Of a stretch of 63,410 nt of DNA, positions 20,495 through 32,175 are shown one piece after another. Where the stretch lies: positions 1 through 63,410 of the forward strand of contig JBJORQ010000003.1 in assembly GCA_046049345.1 (NCBI GenBank), written 5' to 3'. Each line of letters opens with the position of its first letter. Position 1 is the stretch's first letter. The position numbers were made by a program, and so were the translations under genes. Under the pieces are notes generated by a model. It made no database searches. It was not told the origin of the DNA and worked only from the letters and a program-made list of their open reading frames with translations. This stretch comes from Pseudomonadota bacterium. Lineage in GTDB: Bacteria > Pseudomonadota > Gammaproteobacteria > Burkholderiales > Gallionellaceae.

Positions 20495-20910
20495 TCGACA
20501 ATCATGATGGTTTTTACACTCGCGCCCGCCTCGTTTTGATTGACATAACCGAGCGCGTCTTGGTTCTTACCGATGGCACGCACCATGGCTTTTTGATCGG
20601 ACAATAAGCGGCAGCGATTGGCTTGTCCGGTGAACGACATACGCGCCCAATACGCATTGATTTGCGCCAGACTTTTGCCCGTCATCAAACGATAAAAGCG
20701 ATCACGAATTTCTGGGTCGCCTTGGTAGTCAACCGGCTGCGGGAAGGTACCGCTGGCTAACACCGTCAACTTACCCATATAAATATCGACGATTTGCTTA
20801 CGCGTCAGCTTGCCTAAGTCGCCCTCTAGGTTGGCAATCACTGCGATGCCTGACTCCGCATGGCTAGGCAAAGTGAACAGGCTCAACAAACAAAAAATAA
20901 GAATGCGCAT
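20491..20910 (-). CDS. Small periplasmic protein of the short 'phosphate ABC substrate-binding-like' family
   Basis: Signal peptide; IVDIYMGK, FYRLMTGKS...AYWARMSFTG, ALGYV; 4-bp overlap with the cyclase gene. Confidence 0.7.
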   Translation of the reverse strand: MRILIFCLLSLFTLPSHAESGIAVIANLEGDLGKLTRKQIVDIYMGKLTVLASGTFPQPVDYQGDPEIRDRFYRLMTGKSLAQINAYWARMSFTGQANRCRLLSDQKAMVRAIGKNQDALGYVNQNEAGASVKTIMIVE

Positions 20911-20912
20911 AA

Positions 20913-22103
20913 TTAAAATATCCTGTCGTAAGCCAGCGTTAACAAGGTCGCGCTGCCATATTTAGGCTGCCAGTTGATGCCGCCGCGATCACGTTGCCGA
21001 TCGAGCTGAGCTTTCACGTCGCTTTGTGGTGATAAAAAATAGCGCGCCGTCAGGCTATGGTTGATATGGCTTTCCTGCCCCTGCGGATCACCTCCCACAG
21101 CGGTCACTGCTTGGCCGTGATACTCCGCAATGTTGCCGCTCAACTCCCAATCATTAAAACGGCGCGTTACGCCCAAACGGTTGGCATGATCTTTGAAATT
21201 AGCCCCCGGTCTATCAATGAAGAGCAACTCGCTGCGCAGTAACCAATCGGTGAACTCGCCACTAAACGAGGCGGTATAAATTCTTTGTTGACTCACCGTG
21301 TTATGTAAAAACGGATCGGTACTCGGCTGCAAGGTTTGCGTCGCGGCATTCCAAACCCCATTCACATTAGTGCGTTGCGTGTCAGATTGAATATAGGCCC
21401 AGCGCGTTTCAAACCAATCGCGATTCAAGGTGAGATTGCCGCCCACGATATGGCTCCATTGCACATTGGTCTGTGACGCTTGACCGTTGTAAACCTGCCA
21501 ATAGCCGCTGTCCTTAACTTGTTCACTGCCTGCCAGTGCCTGCGCGGTGACATCCCAATCCCCCGCCTGCATACGGTGTTGCACGCTCACACCGTTGTAG
21601 TTGACCACTTCCCAGCCATACATTTGCGGCGGTAAATGTGTCCACGGCAAAGCAAAACCGATGTCCTGACTATCCGAGTAATAAAACATCGGCAAGCGTT
21701 TACGACCGACTTGCACGGTGGTCGCATCATTGAGTTGATAGCTGCCGTACAGCCATTCCAAATTGATATTACCGTTATGACTGCCTCGTGCGACGGCTTG
21801 AGCCGTCAGTGAAAAACGCGCATCAGGCAACGTGACCGAACCTTGTAAACCAAGCTTGGAATCAGGCGCAAATTGCACCCCGCCAGAGCCATCATAAATC
21901 GCATTTTGCGCAAAATCGGCAACAAAACACGGGCAGTTCTTATCCAAGACCGGCCCGCGCGTACCGCTCAACATCTGCCCCGCACTCACGGTTAAAAAAC
22001 CTGAACCAGCAAAGCGAAAGTCGCCTAACTGTTCCTCTGCCAAGGCGGGGCTAGATAAGGCGACTAAAGTGTATAAAAAAAGCGGGCTGCGAAGCTTGAG
22101 CAT
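20913..22103 (-). CDS. Outer-membrane porin-like beta-barrel protein
   Basis: Signal peptide, DSKLGLQ, LEWLY, GRKRLPMFYYSD..GFALPW..PP, amphipathic strands, C-terminal YDRIF. Confidence 0.75.
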   Translation of the reverse strand: MLKLRSPLFLYTLVALSSPALAEEQLGDFRFAGSGFLTVSAGQMLSGTRGPVLDKNCPCFVADFAQNAIYDGSGGVQFAPDSKLGLQGSVTLPDARFSLTAQAVARGSHNGNINLEWLYGSYQLNDATTVQVGRKRLPMFYYSDSQDIGFALPWTHLPPQMYGWEVVNYNGVSVQHRMQAGDWDVTAQALAGSEQVKDSGYWQVYNGQASQTNVQWSHIVGGNLTLNRDWFETRWAYIQSDTQRTNVNGVWNAATQTLQPSTDPFLHNTVSQQRIYTASFSGEFTDWLLRSELLFIDRPGANFKDHANRLGVTRRFNDWELSGNIAEYHGQAVTAVGGDPQGQESHINHSLTARYFLSPQSDVKAQLDRQRDRGGINWQPKYGSATLLTLAYDRIF

Positions 22104-22222
22104 GGACTCACCTAATGATTTTGATTTCAGCAAAGCGCGGCATTATACGGCACAGCCGCCTCACGTCCTTCATGGCAAAATTTACCGAGCCGCACACACC
22201 GCCTTGTTCAAATACAGCACGC

Positions 22223-22251
22223 AAAAAAGGGAAGCCCTAGCTTCCCTTTTT
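22223..22251 (-). terminator. Intrinsic terminator of the cytochrome operon
   Basis: AAAAAAGGGAAGC-ccta-GCTTCCCTTTTT. Confidence 0.8.
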
Positions 22252-22268
22252 CAAACTAACCCACCCGC

Positions 22269-22817
22269 TTAGTTATAGTCGGGAAAGTTAGGAATGTTGA
22301 CTGTGTCCGAATCAAACACGCCTTTAGCGGCTTGCGTATGGCAAGCATTACACATGCTTAACGACTTCACATCTTTGTTGTCTTTAATCATCTTGGCAGG
22401 AATCTCTTCATGCACACGCTTGATGTAACGCAGCTCGGTAATACGCAATGGAGCTTGACCGCTGTTAGCGATTTTGCGCGCACGTTTGTACCAAGATTTT
22501 TCGGCGGCATTGTTAGTCGCGTAGTCGAGTACGCGCTCTAAAGTTGCCGCATCCATTTCAGCGTTATCGCCGAAGTGATTTTTCAGAGCCGTAGCGTTCA
22601 ACAATTTTTCCCATGACGCGCTCGGCAACAAACCGGATTGATAAGCAAAGTGGCATTCGCCACATTCTTTCGCATAGGTTTTGTCGCTGACAGGTTTCAC
22701 GCCCTTCATACGTTCAAAACTTAACAACCATTCGGAAGTGGTTTCGCCTGCAAACGCTGTGTTAGCAAGGAATAATGCACTGCTCAACAGCGCGATGATT
22801 TTGAATTTTTTCAACAT
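22269..22817 (-). CDS. Diheme cytochrome c (DHC)
   Basis: Signal peptide, CGECH...LLPSASW...NHFG, RITE, CNACH. Confidence 0.9.
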   Translation of the reverse strand: MLKKFKIIALLSSALFLANTAFAGETTSEWLLSFERMKGVKPVSDKTYAKECGECHFAYQSGLLPSASWEKLLNATALKNHFGDNAEMDAATLERVLDYATNNAAEKSWYKRARKIANSGQAPLRITELRYIKRVHEEIPAKMIKDNKDVKSLSMCNACHTQAAKGVFDSDTVNIPNFPDYN

Positions 22818-22828
22818 GTTTATGCTCC

Positions 22829-23446
22829 TTACCAAGTCAATTTAACGGCAACGGCCATTGCCACGCCGCCCAGTTCAGCAATGCCGCCATGACTAACAGG
22901 CACGGTGGAATTGGCTGATTTATTCACCGCGTACATCATCATCAATGCGCCTGCGGTACCCAGCATGGCGTGCAAATTGTCAGGGTCAGTGAAGCCGTCT
23001 TCCATGTGGAAATCATCCCAATGGTCAATCAAACCTGAGGTCACGGTTGCGGCAGCCATAAACGCTGCTGCTTTAGCAATTTTGGCATGTGCACCGTTGG
23101 TTTGACGCGCTTGCTGCGGCGCAGTGGCGCAAGCAGCCCCTTCACAGCCTTCGGGTGCGGTAAATGCCGCGCCTGCCACCAAAGCCAAGGTCGTCCAACC
23201 CATGTATTGATGCAACTTATCGCCTGACAGCCATGGCTCATCAAACGCTGCCGCAGGTGCGGGCGCGATCACGTTTGCAGCGGCAACGTCGGCTGTGTCA
23301 TTCGACGCGAGCATGAACGATTTAGGCTGCGCAGTGGCAGCGGGCAAACTCAAATCGAGTGCGCGGTCCGCTGCGAAGGTGGTGTTGCAAGCCAATGCGA
23401 AGCAAAGGCTCACTACAACTTTCTTGTAGGGGTGATTGCGTTTCAT
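22829..23446 (-). CDS. Uncharacterised exported/membrane protein with His-bearing hydrophobic helices
   Basis: Signal peptide then about four hydrophobic segments each preceded by His (KLHQYMG, AHAKIA, NLHAMLG, SHGGIA); AGGAG SD. Confidence 0.7.
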   Translation of the reverse strand: MKRNHPYKKVVVSLCFALACNTTFAADRALDLSLPAATAQPKSFMLASNDTADVAAANVIAPAPAAAFDEPWLSGDKLHQYMGWTTLALVAGAAFTAPEGCEGAACATAPQQARQTNGAHAKIAKAAAFMAAATVTSGLIDHWDDFHMEDGFTDPDNLHAMLGTAGALMMMYAVNKSANSTVPVSHGGIAELGGVAMAVAVKLTW

Positions 23447-23483
23447 AGGAACTCCTTAAGTTAAAAAATAAAAATTATGAGGA

Positions 23484-24092
23484 TTAGCGGTTGTAAAGAT
23501 AGGCGAAGACCGCAGCGGCGACGACTAATGCCGCGCCTAACCATGCGTAACCATGCGTGATGCCGTGTTGCTCAGGGGCTTTTTTGTAACCCGTAATCAT
23601 GGCGCGCACCAGATTCTCTTTGTGTAGAAAGCTGCTCATTGCCACGCCGATTAAATGCCCCGCAATCACCACCAACATGCCGTTGGTGAGATAGGCGTGA
23701 ATATCAACCACGCTATCGGCAACATCATCTTGCAACAACAAAACGCCCGTCACGCCTAAGCCGATGCCCATGCCGAGCAACAACCAAATCGCAATGCTGC
23801 CGATGGGGTTGTGACCGACAAAATGTTGCGCATCATTTTTGAACAGCGAGCGCACATAAGTGATCACCGCCTCAGGACGAAAAATGAATGAACTAAAGCG
23901 CGCGTGCTTAGTGCCGACAAAACCCCACACCAAACGAAACGCAATCAGACCGAATAAAATGAAACCCAGCGTGATGTGTATCTCGCGGGTTTTTTCGGAA
24001 TCTGACGTGAGATACGCGCCCAAAAACGACACCGCTTGCAGCCAATGAAACACACGCGTGGGCACGTCCCACACTAGAACTTTTTTAGTCAT
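23484..24092 (-). CDS. Cytochrome b (Ni/Fe-hydrogenase b-type/b6 domain)
   Basis: VWDVPTRVFHW, FRLVWGFVG..HARF, GHNPIG, ENLVRAMITG. Confidence 0.9.
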   Translation of the reverse strand: MTKKVLVWDVPTRVFHWLQAVSFLGAYLTSDSEKTREIHITLGFILFGLIAFRLVWGFVGTKHARFSSFIFRPEAVITYVRSLFKNDAQHFVGHNPIGSIAIWLLLGMGIGLGVTGVLLLQDDVADSVVDIHAYLTNGMLVVIAGHLIGVAMSSFLHKENLVRAMITGYKKAPEQHGITHGYAWLGAALVVAAAVFAYLYNR

Positions 24093-24098
24093 GGCGGC

Positions 24099-24596
24099 TT
24101 AGTGAGCGGGATGTTTATGGCTGCTATGAGCGGGTGCTGCAACAGGCGCGGCTTCAACAGGCTTAGCGACGGGTGCTGGTGCGGCAGCGGCAGGCAGACC
24201 GACTGCCAACAAATACGTCATCACGTCGCCTTGTTCTTGCGCAGTACATTCGCGATCCAACACGTCGTTGCAATTACGCTTAAACCATTTCGCGACTTTT
24301 TTCGGCTCAGTAAAACGTTCTTCGTTTGCCTTAGGAGCCATTGGTTTGATGACTTTTTCCGTCTTGGCATGTTTACCAGAATTCATCGGGTTATCGGTAT
24401 GACAAGACGAGCAGCTCCATTCGCCGCCATGTTTAGCCTTAAAAAACGTTTCGCCGCGCGCGGCAGAAAAACCTTGAAAGCCAGCGGTATTCGCGGCTTC
24501 GGCTTTAATGCTGGCGAGAATTTCAACTGGGGTTTCAGCGTGTGCGCTGCTAACTAAAGAGGCAAAACAAAATAAAGCGATGAGGGTGCGTGACAT
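24099..24596 (-). CDS. shp: Sphaeroides heme protein (SHP, DUF1924) monoheme cytochrome c
   Basis: Signal peptide, CSSCH, GKH..T.K.I.PMAP.AN..RFT..KKV.KWFKRNCNDVLDREC. Confidence 0.85.
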   Translation of the reverse strand: MSRTLIALFCFASLVSSAHAETPVEILASIKAEAANTAGFQGFSAARGETFFKAKHGGEWSCSSCHTDNPMNSGKHAKTEKVIKPMAPKANEERFTEPKKVAKWFKRNCNDVLDRECTAQEQGDVMTYLLAVGLPAAAAPAPVAKPVEAAPVAAPAHSSHKHPAH

Positions 24597-24664
24597 GAAT
24601 GAATTCCTAAAATAAAAAAAGCCGCGCATTTTACGGGAGAAATATTTTTTTGCAGCCAAAAATA

Positions 24665-24692
24665 TGACCATTTATCGGCTGATAAACGGTCA
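24665..24692 (-). terminator. Probable terminator after uppP
   Basis: Minus strand TGACCGTTTATC-agcc-GATAAATGGTCA then TATTTTT. Confidence 0.55.
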
Positions 24693-24727
24693 AAAAATTC
24701 CGTAAAACACGCTACTGAGCTAGACCC

Positions 24728-25555
24728 TTATTGCGCTGACCAGTTCACTGCGCCAGTAAAATAAGTTGCCAGCACAATCAAACCGAAAGCAATGCGATAC
24801 CACGCAAAGGCAGTGAAATCGTGGCGGCTGATGTAACGCAGCAAAGCGCGCACGGCAAAAAATGCGCTGATAAACGAGGCGATTGAGCCTACCAAAAAGA
24901 TGCCCATATCCTCGCTATGAAAATCGTGGCGGTATTTCACCACTTCATACAGCGTCGCCATGGTGATGGTCGGAATTGCCAAGAAAAATGAAAACTCAGT
25001 GGCTGCTTTGCGTGACAAGCCAAAAAACAAGCCGCCGATAATAGTCGAGCCCGAACGTGATGTGCCAGGTATCAACGCCAAGGCTTGCGCCAAGCCCATT
25101 TTCAACGCATCACGCCAGTGCATATCTTCAACGCTTTCTATCGTCACTACATGCTGGCGTTTTTCTGCCCACAAGATAATCAAGCCGCCGATGATGAATG
25201 CCATTGCGACAGGAACGGGCGCAAATAAATGCGCTTTGATGGCTTTGCCGAACAGCAAGCCGAGTATCGCCAATGGCAAAAATGCGATGAACAAATTCAG
25301 CGTGAAGCGTTGCGCCGCTTCCTGTTTTTGCATCAAACCTGACGACACCGAAGCCAGCTTGGCGCGGTATTCCCAGCACACCGCGAGGATAGCGGCGAAC
25401 TGAATCACAATCTCAAACACCTTGCCACGCGCATCGTTAAAGTTGAGCAAGTCGCCCACCAAAATCAAATGCCCTGTGGAGGAAATAGGCAAAAATTCGG
25501 TGAGGCCTTCGACGATGCCGAGAATGGCAGCTTTGAGCAATAAAATAATATCCAT
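24728..25555 (-). CDS. uppP: Undecaprenyl-diphosphatase
   Basis: [39 protein letters not shown]. Confidence 0.96.
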   Translation of the reverse strand: MDIILLLKAAILGIVEGLTEFLPISSTGHLILVGDLLNFNDARGKVFEIVIQFAAILAVCWEYRAKLASVSSGLMQKQEAAQRFTLNLFIAFLPLAILGLLFGKAIKAHLFAPVPVAMAFIIGGLIILWAEKRQHVVTIESVEDMHWRDALKMGLAQALALIPGTSRSGSTIIGGLFFGLSRKAATEFSFFLAIPTITMATLYEVVKYRHDFHSEDMGIFLVGSIASFISAFFAVRALLRYISRHDFTAFAWYRIAFGLIVLATYFTGAVNWSAQ

Positions 25556-25699
25556 TTTAATTTTGATGAGTGTTAACTAAAAATTTGGCAGATGGAAGGG
25601 ATTGTAGGAGGCCGAATTTAGCAACGACTTGTGGCTTGCCACTTAGTCGATGCTTATGCAGAGCACATCGGGCGATAGGACACGCAAAATATCTCGCGC

Positions 25700-25908
25700 C
25701 TACAAGCTACCCGCTAACTCAGCTACTCTGCGATTGATGGCGATGCGCTGCGCATCGGTGATGGTTGGCCAACTGATAATTTCGTCAAAAGTGCGCTGAC
25801 AACTGCGGTGCGCTGACAACTGCGACACACTTCGTCGCCCAACACCGTGCTGCAATGACCGGTGCAAGGGCTGGCGGCGGTAATTTGCGGGGGTAACGCG
25901 GCCGACAT
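25700..25908 (-). pseudogene. DUF1289-family Cys-rich protein frameshifted by a 17-bp tandem duplication
   Basis: SPCTGHCSTVLGDEVCRSCQRT; removing one copy of 25791-25807 gives ...RTFDEIISWPTITDAQRIAINRRV..., 63 aa ending at TAG 25700. Confidence 0.8.
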
Positions 25909-25909
25909 A

Positions 25910-27850
<1,941 letters not shown>

Positions 27851-27856
27851 TTAAGA

Positions 27857-27940
27857 ATGCTTCCCTACGACGGCATGATCCGTACAGGTTCAAAGGGTGT
27901 TTCTCACTGCTCCAGTTGAGTGGGCAGACCCCTAGCGAGG
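27857..27940 (-). ncRNA. TPP riboswitch
   Basis: Minus strand GCTAGGGGTC...TGAGAAACACCCTTTGAACCTGTACGGATCATGCCGTCGTAGGGAAGC directly upstream of thiC. Confidence 0.93.
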
Positions 27941-27981
27941 GCGCAACTTACTGGAAAGACGCGCCTAAGGCAAGTTTGCGG

Positions 27982-28305
27982 CTATTCAACCAGTGCGGTA
28001 ATTTTGATACTCAAGGCTTGCTGAGTTTTAATCACATTGAGCAAGCGGTCGATATTGGGGTGTTTACCAGGATGCAGTTTTGCGTCTTGACTATGCTCGG
28101 CATACATCGCCACGCCTTCGTGCGCTGCCGCGACGCTGATGCTGCCAAATTTTTTATATAAATGTTGGTACAGCTTCAACGAACCTAAGCTGCCCGCTTT
28201 GTTTTCAATCAGCCCCGCGCTACTGCCATCGGCATTTAATAAAGCAATGTTGGCGAGGTGTTCGGCACTATCTAAAGCGGCAAGAATGTCGTTGAATTTT
28301 TTCAT
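27982..28305 (-). CDS. DUF2322 family protein
   Basis: IENKAGSLGSL...AEHSQDAKLHPGKHPNIDRLL. Confidence 0.8.
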   Translation of the reverse strand: MKKFNDILAALDSAEHLANIALLNADGSSAGLIENKAGSLGSLKLYQHLYKKFGSISVAAAHEGVAMYAEHSQDAKLHPGKHPNIDRLLNVIKTQQALSIKITALVE

Positions 28306-28440
28306 CAGAACGGCGGTTGGGATTTTTAAGGGGCACGACGATAGCAGATTTTTAGAAGACGAAAAGCAAAAAACGTGTCCGCGATGCTTGCTTAATCAAC
28401 CCAGTCAATTCCGCTATTTTCCTCAGTAAATTTCCCGCAC

Positions 28441-28478
28441 TTGCGTTAACTATAGGAATGCGCGTAGAATCCGCGCCC
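28441..28478 (+). promoter_or_regulatory. Sigma70 promoter of the rpsP operon
   Basis: TTGCGT-N18-TAGAAT followed by GC-rich discriminator CCGCGCCC. Confidence 0.65.
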
Positions 28479-28571
28479 TTTTACTCAAAACAAGTGGGAT
28501 TTTCCTGCCTGTTTTGATGATAAGACCCTTGTGGTTTGTGCTGTACTTCTTTAATTTTAGGTAGCTTAGTC

Positions 28572-28829
28572 ATGGTTATTATTCGTCTTTCTCGTGGTGG
28601 TTCTAAAAATCGTCCTTTCTACAACGTCGTGGTTGCTGATTCACGCAATCGTCGCGATGGTCGCTTTATCGAGCGTATCGGTTTCTACAATTCAATCGCG
28701 ACTGAAAAGCAAGAAGCCTTGCGTTTAGATTTGGCGCGCGTGACTCACTGGCAAAGCAAAGGCGCGCAATTGAGCGACGCAGTAGCTAAGTTGGTTAAGC
28801 GCGCAGGTGCTACCGCTGTCGCAGCTTAA
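28572..28829 (+). CDS. rpsP: 30S ribosomal protein S16
   Basis: [17 protein letters not shown]...[12 protein letters not shown]. Confidence 0.97.
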   Translation: MVIIRLSRGGSKNRPFYNVVVADSRNRRDGRFIERIGFYNSIATEKQEALRLDLARVTHWQSKGAQLSDAVAKLVKRAGATAVAA

Positions 28830-28842
28830 AGACGCAAACGCG

Positions 28843-29361
28843 ATGGCGCACAACCCTATGGTTATCATGGGGCGCGTCGCGTCAGCACATGGCATAAAAG
28901 GCTGGATTAAAGTCCAGCCTTTTACTGAGTATCACGACAGTCTCGCGGATTTTTCTACTTGGTGGATCACGCCAACAGAGGGCAGTCCGTGGCAAGAAGT
29001 TAAAGTTTTGCAGTGCGAAGTGCACCACAAAACTTTAGCAGTGTTGCTGCCTAATTGCCCCGATCGCAACGCCTCCGAAAAACTTAAAGGTTGGCTGATA
29101 GCCGTGCCACGCAATCAATTGCCTGAGCAAGCCGACGACGAGTATTACTGGTCGGATTTAATCGGTGTCAGCGTGATTAACGAGGCAGGTGAAAACTTAG
29201 GTTTGGTCGAGCAATTGCTAGAAACGGGCGCGAATCAAGTGTTGATGGTGCAAGGCGCGAGCGGGCAGATTTTGATTCCGTTTGTTGCCAGTGCGATTAA
29301 GCACGTGGACATCAAAAACAAGACCATTAAGGTCGACTGGGCAGCGGATTATCTCAAGTGA
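28843..29361 (+). CDS. rimM: Ribosome maturation factor RimM
   Basis: [34 protein letters not shown]; operon position. Confidence 0.95.
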   Translation: MAHNPMVIMGRVASAHGIKGWIKVQPFTEYHDSLADFSTWWITPTEGSPWQEVKVLQCEVHHKTLAVLLPNCPDRNASEKLKGWLIAVPRNQLPEQADDEYYWSDLIGVSVINEAGENLGLVEQLLETGANQVLMVQGASGQILIPFVASAIKHVDIKNKTIKVDWAADYLK

Positions 29362-30128
29362 TTTTTGATGTTGTCACGCTGTTTCCTGAGATGTTCGATG
29401 CCCTGACGCAATACGGCATTACGCGCCGCGCCATTGAGCAACATCGCTTTGCTTTGCAGACTTGGAATCCGCGTGATTTTACGACTGACAAGTACCGCAC
29501 CATAGACGATAGACCTTATGGCGGCGGGCCGGGCATGGTGATGTTGGGCGAACCGTTGGGCGCGGCGATAAATGCGGCGAAACAACGTCAAGCCGCAGCT
29601 GGGGTGAGCAAAAGTCACGTGGTGTATTTGTCACCGCAAGGTCGGCAGCTCGAGCAAAGTGTGGTCAAAGAATTAGTAACAAAATCAGACCAAGGTTTGA
29701 TTTTATTGGCGGGTCGTTACGAAGGCATAGATGAACGCCTGATACGACTATATGTAGATGAAGAAATTTCCATTGGCGACTATGTGCTGTCCGGTGGTGA
29801 GTTGGCGGCGATGGTGTTGGTAGATAGTTTGGTGCGGCAATTGCCCGGCGTATTGGGCGATGCGGAATCCGCCGAACAAGATTCATTTGCGGATGGTCTA
29901 TTGGACTGCCCGCACTACACCCGCCCCGAAGTGTTTAATGGTGAAGTCGTGCCCCCGGTGTTGTTGTCTGGCAATCACGCAGACATCAAACGCTGGCGGC
30001 TTCAGCAGTCGTTGGGCAGAACGTGGTTGCGCCGACCTGATTTATTAGCAAAGCGCAATCTAACTAAAGAGGAATCTCGGCTTCTGACAGTGTTTCAGAA
30101 GGAACAAGATTCCGATAAAAAGGAGTAG
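29358..30128 (+). CDS. trmD: tRNA (guanine-N1)-methyltransferase
   Basis: [38 protein letters not shown]; GTG start. Confidence 0.97.
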   Translation: MIFDVVTLFPEMFDALTQYGITRRAIEQHRFALQTWNPRDFTTDKYRTIDDRPYGGGPGMVMLGEPLGAAINAAKQRQAAAGVSKSHVVYLSPQGRQLEQSVVKELVTKSDQGLILLAGRYEGIDERLIRLYVDEEISIGDYVLSGGELAAMVLVDSLVRQLPGVLGDAESAEQDSFADGLLDCPHYTRPEVFNGEVVPPVLLSGNHADIKRWRLQQSLGRTWLRRPDLLAKRNLTKEESRLLTVFQKEQDSDKKE

Positions 30129-30132
30129 TAAA

Positions 30133-30495
30133 TTGAATCTGATTGATATTTTGGAACAAGAAGAAATCGCACGCTTGGGTAAAACCATTCCTGTTTTTTC
30201 ACCTGGCGACACCGTTATTGTTAGCGTTAACGTAGTCGAAGGCGAACGCAAACGCGTCCAAGCTTTTGAAGGCGTGGTGATTGCAAAACGTAACCGTGGT
30301 CTGAATTCAGGCTTCATCGTGCGTAAAATTTCTTCAGGCGAAGGCGTGGAACGTACCTTCCAAACTTACTCACCGATCATCGCTTCTATCGAAGTGAAAC
30401 GTCGCGGTGCGGTACGTCGTGCGAAGTTGTACTACTTGCGTGAACGCTCAGGTAAGTCAGCACGTATCAAAGAAAAATTGGCCGTGCGCGCGTAA
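30133..30495 (+). CDS. rplS: 50S ribosomal protein L19
   Basis: [30 protein letters not shown]; TTG start with AGGAG SD. Confidence 0.97.
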   Translation: MNLIDILEQEEIARLGKTIPVFSPGDTVIVSVNVVEGERKRVQAFEGVVIAKRNRGLNSGFIVRKISSGEGVERTFQTYSPIIASIEVKRRGAVRRAKLYYLRERSGKSARIKEKLAVRA

Positions 30496-30519
30496 TCGCG
30501 ATAGGTTTTTCGGTACGAC

Positions 30520-30548
30520 AAAAACGGGAGCTACGGCTCCCGTTTTTT
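30520..30548 (+). terminator. Intrinsic terminator of the rpsP operon
   Basis: AAAAACGGGAGC-tacg-GCTCCCGTTTTTT. Confidence 0.9.
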
Positions 30549-30577
30549 ATTGCCTGTTGCGTTAAGATGCGCGCCTT

Positions 30578-31042
30578 ATGAAATATCAAGCCATCCTCGC
30601 CAGCCCTTTCGCTATGCTCGCCATTCGTTGCAGCGACGGGGCTTTGCAGGGTTTGGATTTTTTGCCTTTGAGTGCTGCGCCGCAAGCGGCGACGAATGAA
30701 ATTGCCGAAACAGTGTGTGCGCAATTACGCAACTATTTGCACAATCCCGACACCGTATTCGACGTGCCACTCGCACCGCACGGCACGACGCATCAGCAAA
30801 AAGTTTGGCGCGCCTTGTTGGCGATTCCACGCGGTGCGACACGGCAATATGGCGAGCTGGCAAAGGAGCTGGCTTCGGCATCGCAAGCGGTAGGACAGGC
30901 CTGTGGCGCGAACCCGATTGCACTGATTATTCCCTGTCATCGCGTGGTTAGTAAAACGGGCTTGGGCGGCTTTATGTGCCATGCCGACGGCGATGAGTTG
31001 AATATCAAACGCTGGTTGTTGCAGCATGAAAGCGCGTTATGA
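30578..31042 (+). CDS. ogt: Methylated-DNA-protein-cysteine methyltransferase
   Basis: AVGQACGANP, IPCHRVV active site. Confidence 0.9.
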   Translation: MKYQAILASPFAMLAIRCSDGALQGLDFLPLSAAPQAATNEIAETVCAQLRNYLHNPDTVFDVPLAPHGTTHQQKVWRALLAIPRGATRQYGELAKELASASQAVGQACGANPIALIIPCHRVVSKTGLGGFMCHADGDELNIKRWLLQHESAL

Positions 31043-31063
31043 AATTTTTTGCCGCGAATCAAA

Positions 31064-31124
31064 TGTAGGAGCGAGCAAAGCTCGCGAATTAAAATAAAAA
31101 TCGCGAGCTTTGCTCGCTCCCACA
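31064..31124. repeat. GTAG/GTGG REP doublet (REPIN), 24-bp arms with one mismatch
   Basis: TGTAGGAGCGAGCAAAGCTCGCGA (31064-31087) and TCGCGAGCTTTGCTCGCTCCCACA (31101-31124). Confidence 0.8.
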
Positions 31125-31153
31125 ACAGCTTCTCAAATCCGATACCAGCGTAA

Positions 31154-32050
31154 ATGAATAACTCCGAACTCCTAGATGAATTTTTCGATGCGCTGTGGTT
31201 GGAAGACGGCTTATCGCGCAACACGCTGGACAGTTATCGGCGCGACTTGACTAAATTTTCCGAATGGCTGCAAGCCTGTTGTGGCATGGACTTACTCGAC
31301 ACCGCTCATGCGGATATTCAGGCTTATCTCGCCTATTTAATTCAGCAACAGGCGGCCAAAGCCAGCTCCACCAGCCGCACGCTGTCCAGCCTAAAACGCT
31401 TGTTCCGCTACCTGTTGCGCGAACGAAAAATCAGCGTCGATCCGACCTTGCAAATCGACACACCCAAGCTGCCGCGCAATTTGCCCAAAAGTATTTCGGA
31501 GGCGGATGTCGAGTTGTTATTGAACGCGCCCAATACGCAAACGCCGCTTGGGCTGCGCGACCGCACCATGCTGGAAGTGCTGTATGCAACAGGCTTGCGC
31601 GTCTCCGAGCTGGTCGCTTTATTAGTCACAGAGGTAGATTTGAATGGCGGCTTTGTGCGCGTATTGGGCAAAGGCAACAAAGTCCGCGTCGTGCCCTTAG
31701 GCGAGGTTGCGTTGGACTGGCTAAGGCGTTATCTCGCCGATGCCCGCCCCGTTTTGTTGGGGGAAAAAAGTTGTAATGCGATGTTCATCACTAATCGCCG
31801 CGATGCCATGACGCGGCAAATGTTTTGGTATTTGATTAAAAAATATGCGCGATGCGGTGAGGTGCAAATCGGGCTGTCGCCGCACACCTTGCGCCATGCT
31901 TTTGCCACCCACTTGCTCAATCACGGCGCGGATCTGCGCGTGGTACAAATGCTGCTCGGTCACAGCGATATTTCCACCACGCAAATCTATACCCACGTCG
32001 CGCGCCAACGTATGAAAGTGCTCCATCAAAAACATCATCCGCGTGGTTAA
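31154..32050 (+). CDS. xerD: Site-specific tyrosine recombinase XerD
   Basis: LWLEDGLSRNTL, LYATGLRVSEL, SPHTLRHAFATHLLNHGADLRVVQMLLGHSDISTTQIYTHV. Confidence 0.95.
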   Translation: MNNSELLDEFFDALWLEDGLSRNTLDSYRRDLTKFSEWLQACCGMDLLDTAHADIQAYLAYLIQQQAAKASSTSRTLSSLKRLFRYLLRERKISVDPTLQIDTPKLPRNLPKSISEADVELLLNAPNTQTPLGLRDRTMLEVLYATGLRVSELVALLVTEVDLNGGFVRVLGKGNKVRVVPLGEVALDWLRRYLADARPVLLGEKSCNAMFITNRRDAMTRQMFWYLIKKYARCGEVQIGLSPHTLRHAFATHLLNHGADLRVVQMLLGHSDISTTQIYTHVARQRMKVLHQKHHPRG

Positions 32051-32175
32051 GCTGCTCCGCTTTTGGCGGCGCGCGCGCCGAGTTATAAGCTATCTAGGTT
32101 AAAATCCCACCATGCAAAATCGCTTATTAAATGCGGCAAGCAATCCTCATCGCCGCCCCTCCTGCTCATTTTTTC

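Noticed and set aside
19119-24700. Genomic island integrated at tRNA-Ser
   Set aside because: Accessory-looking genes follow the tRNA, but I saw no integrase, no duplicated tRNA 3' end and no obvious composition shift
30121-30135. TTG start codon of rplS
   Set aside because: Slightly unusual, but it has a good SD and could be a single-base variant or error; not informative alone
31154-32050. Tyrosine recombinase as a phage or island integrase
   Set aside because: Motifs and the rplS-ogt-xerD context match housekeeping XerD
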